From Octopus sinensis (lineage: Eukaryota), in assembly GCF_006345805.1 (NCBI RefSeq), contig NC_042998.1, positions 44,082,001 to 44,146,000 on the forward strand: a stretch of 64,000 nt of DNA. The letters run 5' to 3'. The notes under the pieces were generated by a model. It saw only the letters and a list, made by a program, of their open reading frames with translations. It had not been told where the DNA came from and did not search any database. Position numbers and translations under genes: made by a program. Each line of letters starts with the position of its first letter. Positions within the stretch are counted from its first letter, which is position 1. Shown here piece after piece: positions 51,301 through 64,000 of the stretch.

Positions 51301-52834
51301 TGGCAATAAAGTCTGTAGTCGTTTTATATCCATCAAAATACACATCTCTTACATTCATTTTTCTATTCTTCCACATGCCTTGAAGGATTGTATCTGCGAG
51401 ATTAGTCAGTGAGATGTTATTCGATGGTGATATGGCGAATTATATAAAATATATACATTGAGACCAAAATTCTAATAAAATATGCCCTGTATTCATTTCA
51501 CAGAACTGCAAGCAGGGCCAATGCCAAACATACATGTACTAAATAACTCGAAAATCATAATATATGTTCTATAACACTGACTTCTAATACCTGTAAGATT
51601 TTGTTAGCCACTTCTAAAGCTTATCAGAAGTGTCTTCACAAGGGAGGCAGCAGCATTGTTAACGATATGCCTGATCGAATACATTTCTTCTCATGATAAA
51701 AATTCCCAATATTTAGATTTCCCAATAATATAATACCTCTTTGAAATCTAAGTCGCTCGATAAGGCCTTGAAGTTCAAATCTGCAATATGCAGAAGTGAG
51801 CGAGATGTCATAGTTAAAAGTATTCCTGATATTTCGCTAGAGAGCATTGTATAATTCATCAGAATGTCATGAAACAGAAATATGTTATCACCAAACGGAG
51901 GTTTTATCAGCTCGCCGTTCAGTGCAAACTCTATGTTACAAAGCTTTCAATGGATCCAACTAGTAAAAACCATTCAGAAACTATATATCATATGGTGTGT
52001 ATTTAAGACTCTCGTTGACATGTTTAACTTCAACGTCATTTAATAAGTCTCTTCAACCGGATATAACCAGTAAGATCAACTCATTACTACATCGACTTCC
52101 AAGATGGACAAACATTGAAAACTTGAAAATACAATGTAAAATGTAAATGAATGAAGATCCCGAAGATTAATTGGTGCTGTTTCATCTAGAACATTATTAT
52201 AACAAACAAATGGACAATTAACAATTATATCGGATTGGTAGAGTTGTCAGAGCACCTAAAGGGTTTTTACAAATTTTAGTTCTAGTCATTTTATAGATTC
52301 CAAATTCTTGCGAGATCAACTTCATATTTTATGGGTTTGACAAAACCAAATACCAGGCAATAAGGGTATAATTTAATTGACTTACCACTTTTCCCAACCC
52401 TGTCCTTGTGTTTGGCTAAGAAATTAATATTATAATTGTAGCGATAGTTAACTGATATTCAGTTGAACTTCATTCGAAATACCTTCTGGCCGAGTTTAAT
52501 ATTACCGTATATCTCTTGAGGTTCGACAAAATTACGTGGCCAGTTAAATGCATTTCTTGATATAATCCACTTTACTCGTTCCCAGAGGCGAGGCCCCCTG
52601 TGCATGTTAGAAATCAATAGTTGACTGAATTGTTTGTGTCAGACACCGTACTTTGTGGCATTTAGTCACGGACGTTTATTTTCTGTCAAGAGAATTCAAA
52701 TCTGCTTTTTATCCTCCCATTGTGAATAAAATTATGTACTATTGAAGTAACTAATAGGATCGATATAATCAACTAACCCCACTCCCTACATCTGAAGCCT
52801 TGTATTTATATAAAATTAATATTTTTAGAATTGC

Positions 52835-53050
52835 TAAAACGGTGAGCTGGTCAAATCATTAACGCGACACACAAAAGATTCTTGGTAACATTTTTGTCCG
52901 ACCACATTTTCGTTTTCAGTGTATTTTCCGTCGAGGTTGACTTTGCTTTTATCCATTTGGAACAGAAAAAATAAGTACAAGTTGAGTACTGAGGTCGATG
53001 TGATAGACGACCTGTTCACATCAAAATTGCTTACTTTGTGTCAAAATTAG
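52835..53050. mobile_element. SINE family B, degraded
   Basis: gtcgaggttgactttgcttttatccatttggaacagaaaaaataagtacaagttgagtactgaggtcgatgtgat core on the plus strand. Confidence 0.65.
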
Positions 53051-53844
53051 AAAAGGATATTATTAAAATTTCTGCAGTGATGATTTGGGTTGCGTGGAAA
53101 ATACAGTAAAATGTTACATATTTTTCTAGTCTCAGTTCAGAAATGTACCTTTATTTCTCTGGGCGATGAAATAAATACGAAGTAAGCAGTTTACAAATAC
53201 TCGATGTACCCAACAAAATTTTTTACAACTTTCTGTTTAACATTATTGTGATTAATCGCAATTAAAATATTCATTGAAATAATGGGACGTGTTTAATAGA
53301 AAAAAATCCCCATATCTTATTTAGATGCTATAGTCTTCCTACGGATTTACATATAACAATATGTGCATATTAGCAGTTGTAGTGGTGACGATTGGAGAGC
53401 GGATAATGCTTGACTTATTCTGCTTGGTAGCTGTCATGTTCGATATTAAAAGTAGATATTTTTCATCAGGAAAACTGAAGGCAACGCATCTTCATTATCG
53501 AGAAGTAGACTTGCTGCAGGCGTTCGTGATGAAATATACGGAATAGTTCTGTTATTGCTTTCTAAAATTTTATTTGTGTTTTGTTATTCAGGTTGTTTTC
53601 TTTTAAAATATTGTAAAGTATCTTCAATTTTTTTCTTTTCATGTCTTTTAAGTAATTTTTTTTTTGTATGGTATTCGTGTGAGATGATAATGATGGTGAC
53701 GAGGTAAACAAAACTTGTAACGGAATAGTCATGTCGTTGATATTTATTAATTTATAATACAGCTTTGTTATTAATGGGTATAGATGATACAGATGATCGG
53801 CATAGAAAACTATTGATTTTATTCTAAATTCGTCTGAATATTCA

Positions 53845-53882
53845 ATGAATTATTATTATTATCATCATCATTATTATTATTA

Positions 53883-53944
<62 letters not shown>

Positions 53945-53956
53945 CATCATTATTAA

Positions 53957-53990
<34 letters not shown>

Positions 53991-54290
53991 ATTAAAATAC
54001 ATAAACGAATATCATAATCATCACCAGCAATTTTATTAAATACATCATCACCATCACCATCTTCATACTACTACTACTACTACCACCTATACTACTACTA
54101 CCACCTCTACTACTACTACTACTACTATACTACTACTAATACTATTACTACTATTATTATTACTAATACTACTACTATTACTACTCTTACTACTACTATT
54201 ACTACTACAATTACTCCCACCACTACTACTACTATTACTACTACTAATACTACTACCACTACTACTACTACTAATAATAATAATCATTCC
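53845..54290. repeat. (ATT/ATC)n and (CTA)n microsatellites
   Basis: Direct reading. Confidence 0.93.
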
Positions 54291-55181
54291 TGACAAAACG
54301 TGTTAAAGGTAGCACATGTTCAACTTACAATTTCATCTAAGAATTGGATGTTTATTTTTGTTTCGTGTCTTCAGCTGCTGTATATATAAAAATATAAAAA
54401 AGGTGATAGGATTGCTTTTTGTGAATTTGGTTTGTCAAAAGGTGAGTGAAGGCTTTTTTGAACATGGATTTTTTTCCATGTTCACGTTTCTTGCATGTGG
54501 TTACAAAACATAGACAACATCTTTCTGATAAAATAGAGTAGCAGCTACACTAAAAAAAAAGCAGAATAAAAAAAAAAAAGAATATTTTACAGTAAGACAC
54601 TTTCAAAGGATTTTACGGACAATGACACTAGCGTAAACAATACTAGTAAGTCGTTTTGTCATGTCAAAACAACAAAAGCAGCAGCAATAGTACTTATATA
54701 TACACACGTATATTTTCCAAATAGAAATTCTGTAAATGGCGTTAATAGCAATGGAAAAGGTTGTGCTGATATTATTTGTCCCCTCTGTGTTTAGCACCCT
54801 GTGGGCAATAAAGAAATAATTATTGGTCATAAGATGGCATTTGTAATGCAACGGATCGCGGCAATTCTAAATATATCGTTTCCATAATTCCTGACATTAT
54901 ACTTATATTTTTGATGGTTGTGATCAGTCATAATTTTCTATGTATATGTTTTGGCCTATGAATCAAATATTTGCTTCCTTGAAGCATCTTATACTGCATA
55001 CGCTTGCTGATACATTTTTTATTCCAATTATTTTCATTTTTTCATGATATTATACATTGTTTTTATTTGGATTTCTTTTCTTCTTCTTTTTATGCGTCGA
55101 CCGCTCATTTTCCATTTGGCAAACAAGGTAAGTCTTTCTTAAGTTTTCAATTTTATGTGTTGCGTTTTATTTCCTGGTAGC

Positions 55182-55219
<38 letters not shown>

Positions 55220-58200
55220 TCTGTTTGTGAGGTGTGAGTTTGGTTGAGTGTGACACGATCAGAATCAAGCCCTTTTTTCCCCTCCTCATTGCTAGTGCAT
55301 CCGAATATACATCATTCTGTTTGTTGACATTCGAGTAGTTTGTTCCAGTGAACAGAATTACTTGTGGCACTTTACGTTCATATACGTTCTTAAAGTAGCT
55401 GACTTGTACGTAGCAGGTCAAGCAGTTATGTTGATCCAGATCCATCGAATTCTTTATGTTTTCTTGTATTGTGTATTGTTTCTGTTCGGTCTTCCATGAC
55501 ATTACCTCGTGTTGGTCTGTTGTGATGCTTGTATTTTAATCCTGTTCGTTTCCAAATGCAAAGTCGAAGAAAATTGAATATTTGGTTCAACCGCTCTATA
55601 GGGACTTTATACATTTCATGTTGTATTTTATATGCTACCGTTTTAGCTTTGCTACAATTCCTTGTTTGTGATACTGTAGTGAGTTCCGTTGTATTTTCTG
55701 TGTGTATTGCGTACTTATTTATTGCGTTTGGCTTCTGTTCTATTGTTGTCTGTGCTCTGTGGATACTTATGTGATGCGTCTGTGGTAATTCGTGATAAGA
55801 TGCTGGTTTCCATAGGTCGTTTCTTGTGTGACTAATCCGTTGCTTTGCAATGTTTACATTATATTCTTTGTGTTCTATCTTCTCAGTTTATTTTTTGATA
55901 TTGTTATTTTATGTGCAACGAAATGTTCAATACAATATTTTTTCCCTACAGCATATTGTTCCTATTTAATGCATATATATCTAATGTAGTGCGCTGATGT
56001 CTAACGTAACACTTCAATGTTGTATTCATTGATATAGCTTCCTGTTTTAATTTCCATTTTATTTTAGAAGCTAGCAATAATAGATAGGCCTTTATTTTGG
56101 ATGTTAAGCATATGATAGGAGACAGTGAGCTTGGAGTTACATTGCATTTACACCGAACTTACATTAAACTCACATTAATATATCCATCAAACCCGGCCGA
56201 CAATGTTTTGTTGCTTATTGACTTAGTCATAGTTAATATTATTAAGCAGTGTTGACTTCGTTGTAAGTTCGTTTCTACTATTTGTCGTCAAATGCTCTTT
56301 ACATTTTTGATATTTGCTTCATAGCTTTGCGTATGTGTACTATTACTTGTATGGTAACCATTTGTAACATCTATAATACGTGTAAGAGTGTATCAAGCGT
56401 ATGTACTACGATCATTTCGTTTTGTTTCTTTGTATTCGATTTCAATCCACTCTATTTTGCATGACACGCAGATTTATTTTCGAAGATGAAAATTATTTCA
56501 AAATAATGTAATCAATATGATATAATATAATCACATGCAATATATACAATAGACTAACTTTGTACTTACTTGAGTACTCAAGAAATTGTTTTAAGTTAAT
56601 TTATTTTTTTTTATTTCGGTTATATTCTCGGATATATTTCATTTTAAAAAGATCTTTATTGTCCATGCTCTTGGCGATGTTGCAAAATCATCAGGCTCTG
56701 ATGCTTAGAACTTCAGACAAAAAGCCTTGCTGTACTTCATCAACTCATTAACTTCTGGGTTCAAACCTTCCTGAAGTCGGCTTTGCTTTTCATCCCACAG
56801 AGATATATAAAATAAAACACTAGTGGAGAACTGGAGTCGATTGGATTGACTTGTTCTACCCCGTCAAAATTGCTGACCTTATGCTCACACTAGAACATCA
56901 TCATCATCATCATCATTATTATTAGCGAAGTAGATCATACAAAAGAAGTGTCCACTAAGCTACCTTTTACTTCTGATCCATTTTTCTTATTTGGCTCAGC
57001 AACTGGTGTAGTAGTTTAGTATGTCTAAAATATAGCTATAGTTGATGTGATTTATTTGTTACCTTGAACGTCTGTAATTTAAGTCGTCTGTGTACAAATA
57101 AAATTAGCATGATGGAAAGTCCTGAAGGCTGAAGGAAGGATTGTGTATAAGTTTATCAGTTGTGAGACAGAGTAAGGGTAACCTGAGGTTGTTAGGCATG
57201 ATTAAAATGATAGTATTAGGCGGGTTGAGATGCATAAACTATTATATGAAAATTAAACAAGAGAGAAAAAAATGTTGCGTCTGTTGACTACTCATTGGAG
57301 AGTGGAACTTTGCCAATCATTTGAATAAACCCTCAATTAGATGCAGTCTACAGTCTAGAAAGTTTGAGCGCGTGACAGCAGTTATCAACTATTGGTCCTG
57401 CTTCGATCATGTAAAAGATCATCAATTAATTGTAGCGGATGTACTTTTCTGTCACTGAAACGAAAGCTAATTATCGTAATAGATTTTTAGTGATGCTATG
57501 AATGTAAGATCGGAAAGAAATTTTACTAAAAGTTTTTAGGGAGAGAAACTTCCAGCAGTTTTGAAGGATTTAAATGCTGCTCAACGCCCGAAAGTATGAG
57601 ATACAAGAGTGTTTAGTGATATGAGCAGTAATTATGTCTTTTTGCCATTTAATGAACTAAGATTTCAATGATCTCATTAGAGAATGATTCTATCTATATC
57701 ATCAGAGGGGGGTGTATTGTTATTAAGTGATATCTAGATTGCAAGCAAATAACTTTTGTATGCAGAAGATTAAAAGGGATAAGGAGTTCATCTAAATAGG
57801 AGCGAGTGTTATTGAAACCGACAACTACAGTAAGCATGCTGTTATTATTACGGGTATGTGTGAGACGTAACAGAGACTATTAGCATATAGACGTTGATAT
57901 AGCGTAGTTCATACCTTTTGATATTGGATTTGAGAAACGACAATTGGATGATGGCCGTAGGTGAGTAACTTAGTTTAAAATATTGCCATACCAGGTACAG
58001 TCTGATATATCGACTGAAAAGACATTGCTTTCGCTAAATTTCTCAATGAGAAAGAACTATTTCTTAGCGATACAAAGGAATGGGGTTTTATTATTGTTTT
58101 ATCTCTTAATTAGATATCTTTGCCAGACGTTTTAGATGTGATTTGAAATGTCAGGTGACCATTATATTCTTATAAGAAAATAAAACCATCTTTTTTTTTA

Positions 58201-60420
58201 TTTTCATTATAAGAAAGGTCTGAGGGAAGTTAATTTTCAGATACATAAATTTTATACCCCTTGCGTCTGAGTGCAGCACGAGTGAATTTAATGCCCTGGA
58301 TTTCTTTTAATTTAAAGTGCAAAAAATAATACAAATTCCTTATATTAACACTTATTCGATCGATACTTGTGACATGAAATACAATCTTCTCTGGTGCCGT
58401 TTTTACGCACAACATTAGTGGATATAAATATATGTCATATATTATTTCATCCCTTACTAAAGCCGCCCTTCTAAATAAAAAAAAATTATAACATTTCAGC
58501 AAAGCAATTAAGAAGAGATGCTACGGTATTTTTTCTGTTTAGAGGATGGTATATTTTTTCTAAGATTTGATTTAGGAAATTAAATGAAAACAGGATTTTA
58601 AATGAAAACCATTTAATGAAAACTATGCAATGAAAACATTTAAACATAAAAATGTCCGTTCCATTGTTTTATTTTATGGCACTAAGATAAATCTATTCTC
58701 ATGATGTTAAAACAATAATTATTTGTGAAGTCAGTCATTTATATTTAGTTTACGTCGGTGTGTCGGCGACAAAATAAATTGATGTAGTTTCACAATGTGA
58801 ATGCTTCTATAATGGCGCATAGGAGTGGTTGAATGCATTTATCGCAGTATACTGGTAGATTTGTTGGTATCAGATGGAATGATTCGCAGTATTTGTTTTA
58901 TCTGCGCTCTGAGTTCGAATTCTGCTAATAACAATTTTGACTTTCGTTATGCCGGAGTCGATAACTAGGATACCGGAACCAAAGAAATTGTTAGGAGGTC
59001 GGGCAAGTTTCCTAGATATATTTTTCCGATTCATCGCAAAAATGAAAATAACGTTTGAAAAGACACTTGTACGATGCTGTATCAGCCGATGACTTGGGGC
59101 GATACAGCTTTTCAACACTGAATAATCTTTGGTAGCGTGAAGGGGGTGAAGAGGGGAGCTTTACATGTAGTGGCAACTGTTAGTCTTTCTCAAAAAATCT
59201 TAATCTTGCCTCAGCCTACCCATAAATCTGCTGCTGTATGGTCAACCTTGACCAAAGGAGGCTTAGAACATCAACGTTCTTCTGAATGACAGTCAATTGA
59301 TCAAACATACATTAAATCTTAACTGATAGAACAAAATGTATCGTCCAACCCGACCCCTTTGTGGAGTCTATTCTGTTGGGAGCATTCGAAGCATACTCCT
59401 AGTTTTAAGGATAATTTCTTGCTACCAGTCTCGAAATCTCTGAATCGTGATCATAGGTATTCAGACGATAGACTAGGATGTTTGCCGTATCTTGATGGTT
59501 AATATCGTGTAACTCAATGCGATGGCGTGCGAAATATCGTGTATTTTTCATATCGTCTGACACTTTGTTGATTCATTTTATGAACGACAGTTGAAATAAA
59601 TATGAAATATGGCGCCAACGCATTCTTTGCTTCTTTATTTATTTAATTATATATTTATGCAATTATATCATAATGACTGAATGTGGAACATTTTTCTATG
59701 TAGACGTATGAAGCTATATTTATCATATGGTATATTACATAGTGAGTGTTATCTAGCATTGATCTTATACATACTTATATTGTACACCACTTTTATTGTC
59801 ATGGTAAAACTTCATAAGACTCATATTTTCATATGAATATTTTGTCATATTTAAGTCGCCAATTTGTAATTATGGCATATTTCGTACTATTAGAAGAAAC
59901 AGTTTAAATGAAGCCCCGAACTTTCTTGATAAAATAACCAATTTGCAATAAACTTGCTGTAAACGATTACATACTATTTCATGCACAACTATGAGATTTT
60001 CAGATATTAATTTTATTTTGCTATAAGCATAGAAAACACCTGAGCGATTTTTTATATCATAATTTTTTAACAATGCATTCTTGTTTGAGACGATCGGTAA
60101 ATTTGATAGTTAACTTATTTGTATCAAACTTCACGTGATACCACTATGTCAGCTCAATAAATCCTAGGTTGAAGGTATTTCTCCTCGTGTTGTATTTTAT
60201 GGTACAATCCAGCCTTTAAGTTCTATTTTGGGGGATCCATATATTAGCAGTCAATATCGTCCCGTAAACGTAATCTGTACATTTTATTGACAGCTGCAAA
60301 TGGCACATTCTCAGCAGTATCATACACCGGACGAGACGTGTTTTCAATATTCTACATCCTGTCAGCCCACCGTAAGTGTACCCTCTCCAAGTCACGTCAA
60401 TATCCACTTTCCACTAGGTA

Positions 60421-61017
60421 TTAGGTCGTCAAGTATGAAATTTGTAGAAAAGTAAAAAGTTTGCTAATGTTTTACAAATACAAGGAATAGTTTTATTCAT
60501 CAAAGTATGCATCCATACTGTGAATACACTTTTGCCATTTCAGCGGCAGCTTGCCCAGCCCGGAACTGTAAAAGAATGGCAATCTTAGAGTCAATAAAAT
60601 CTTGTAAAGCCTGCTTTACAGCATCATTGGAATTAAATGTTTTTCCTATCAAAAAGTTATCCACATTCTCGAAGAAGTGGTAGTCAGTGGGGGCAAGATC
60701 AGGTGACTATGGTGGATGACAGAGAACTTCAAACTCCAAATACTCCATTAATATTTCGAGCTGTCTGTGATACTGTATTTCTAAGAAAGCACTCGTATTT
60801 CAAAACTGTACGAATTTTCGACTTATCCATCTCTAAAACAAATTAGCAAAAAACGATTTATAAATACTTTATAAAGCGCAAAATGAGTTAGAATAATGAA
60901 ATAGATGTGTCAGCTTTCTAACAAAAAATAAAGATTGTCAAAATATAATGGCGCAAAATGAGCTGCTATCAAAATTTACCATATACCTTACTACAAATTT
61001 CATACCTGACGACCTAA
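60421..61017 (-). mobile_element. Internally deleted mariner transposon (597 bp) with TA TSD
   Basis: 27-bp TIRs ttaggtcgtcaagtatgaaatttgtag / ctacaaatttcatacctgacgacctaa (1 mismatch); TA at 60419-60420 and 61018-61019. Minus strand encodes PYSPDLAPTDYHFFENVDNFLIGKTFNS. Confidence 0.93.
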
Positions 61018-61939
61018 TATTACAGCTCACTTAACTTTAACAGCTATCTCAATTGTGTCAATAATCAAATCTTTTCACAATCAATCGAACGGCTAAATAT
61101 AAAGCGACAGCTTATTGAAATCAAAGTCGAAATCTTGCAGATGAAAAGAGATATTCGGTATTGTGGTTCTAGATATACTATGATTTAAACAAAGACGTGA
61201 TAATCATTGCTCGGTAGGGGAAGTTTGACTTGGGGCTAAACAAGGACAACGTACCTCTTAATTGAATGGTGTTTATCTCTTCAACAAACCATAGCAGTCT
61301 CAATTTGAAAACAAAAATGCTTTAGGCTACTTGCTTTTATGTCTTCAAATCTGTTTGTAGAAAAACTTATCTGCGACAGAAGGACATTATACCTACCGGC
61401 AAAATTATCACCCATTCTCTTAAAGCCAGGGAAACCTAAGATAAGCAGGAAGACAATAGATATTGAAGAATTATTTAGAAGCTAAGTAACGATTGTTATG
61501 GAATTCCTATTATTTTTTTATAAAATACAAATGTTTTTGTGAAAGAGATAATGTCTTTGAATTTGAATGTGTGCGTGTCTGTTGTTTATGTACTTGTAGT
61601 TCTGTGTTTAATTATGTGAAAGAGTGACGCATTGAATATCATATACAACGATTTTTAATTAATCAAAATCCTCTGCTCAATGAAAGTAAGAAAACAAAAT
61701 ACCTTGTGGTAATTGTGAGCGAAACGCAATGACAAGAACGGTTAATTTCAAGAAATTTAATAACATTTTTTCAAGTTAATATAGATGATTCAGGAAAGAC
61801 GATCATTAGATCAGACCAGCACAAAAGCTACTTTTTACAGATATCCATCGCTGTTTATGGGCGCGTCTTTCTTTCTCAGTATCCACTCTATAGAGGCCCA
61901 TACACACAAATATATATATATTATATTATATTATAATAA

Positions 61940-62140
61940 AACGCGGTTCGTTGACAATTTCTTCTCCTTCTTTGCACATTTCCCTTTCTCCTTTCCGACG
62001 AAGAGCTGTACTCGAAATCTCAAACTCTCTGTTTTTACCGATCCTTTTACCGAGCATCAACCTAATATATTTCTTGTGCATGGCCTACCCCACGTTCGTT
62101 CCTTTTCTTGATTTTTACAATTTTAATCCATTTACTGGAA
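61940..62140 (+). mobile_element. Penelope-type terminal-repeat relic with degenerate hammerhead motif
   Basis: 61991-62024: cttt-CCGACGA-A-GAG-ctgta-CTC-GAAATCTC-aaa, followed by ccgagcatcaacc, similar to ccgagcgtcaaacc in the 223-360 relic. Confidence 0.45.
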
Positions 62141-62161
62141 TTGTTTGTTAATTGTGTTGAT

Positions 62162-62215
<54 letters not shown>

Positions 62216-62424
62216 TGTGAGTGTCTGTGTGTCTGTATGAGCCTGTGCGTGTATATATGTATACACACATGTATACATGTTTCCAAACTTGAACCCCCAT
62301 AAATCCTAAATTCTATTTTAGAATTTATGGGATCGACTGTCTTTGATCCCATAAACAGCCAACAACTGATGAATGGTCCTTTTCCTATGTTAACTTGTCC
62401 TGGTGATGTTCTGTACCCATATGT

Positions 62425-63271
<847 letters not shown>

Positions 63272-63899
63272 GATTATGTTGGCGTCATTTTTAGTATGTG
63301 CCAAATGTTTCCACACTGAGTAAATATTTTGACACTATTGCATGCCGAATAATGTTGACCATACTTCCGAAGTAATTATTCTACAGAACATTGTATTCTT
63401 CCATTTTCCATATCAATAATATTTCTGCTAAACATAATAGAATCTTAATCATACATTTGAATTTCCGATATGATAACTACTATCAAAATATTTTCTTTCA
63501 CCGTTTTCCCCGTTAACTTTTGCTTGCACAAAACGAATTCCGCGAGCATCAATATGAAAAGTATTCACTATCCGAGCAACTGAATATTAACTGCAGAAGT
63601 AACAAACGACTACAGCGTTAACAGAAATGTATCGCCAATCTCTTGTTCCGAATTATATCTTGTACACAATATTATTTTTGGTACTTTCGTGTGAACGACA
63701 GCCAGTTTTTGATTGATCAGAAGATTTGTAAATAAATAATTATACACTTGAGACGGGTGTAATAGCCGATCGGCTGCTATTTGGATTAGTTTTCCCTATC
63801 TCATGAAGAAAGGAAAGGACGAGCAATTGGCTGAGCGATACCTTCTGTAAAATAATTTGCCCAAAATATTTTCGCTTTTAAACATATGCTCCTTTATTT

Positions 63900-64000
63900 C
63901 ATGTATGTATGTATGTATGTATGTATGTATGTATGTATGTATGTATGTATGTATGTATGTATGTATGTATGCATGTATGTATGTATGTATGTATGCATGT
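63900..64000. repeat. (ATGT)n microsatellite
   Basis: Direct reading. Confidence 0.97.

Overview
AT-rich, repeat-dense eukaryotic DNA. The SINE, LINE and microsatellite repertoire looks like Octopus (from recall, not a database search). I found no host gene exon or intact tRNA gene, and most ORF-track calls are microsatellite or antisense artefacts. The window holds a near-full-length CR1-group LINE (14765-20069, minus), relics of R4/Dong, RTE, Penelope and mariner elements, MITEs, three tRNA-derived SINE families and many microsatellites. Main leads: (1) a ~2 kb ORF1-only, L1/Tx1-like retroelement is inserted twice, as two diverged copies, at the same nucleotide of one SINE family's tRNA-like head, one copy with a clear TSD, which suggests a SINE-targeting retroelement; (2) a Penelope terminal unit combines a tRNA-derived Pol III head, (AAT)n and a minimal hammerhead ribozyme, and also occurs as a solo copy; (3) both the CR1 LINE and the ORF1-only element appear to retain a 5'-UTR intron; (4) the CR1 ORF1 has a Myb/SANT-like domain, its ORF2 is broken only by four same-type single-base deletions, and its 3' hairpin is shared with the targeted SINE family. 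All alignments and translations were done by eye.
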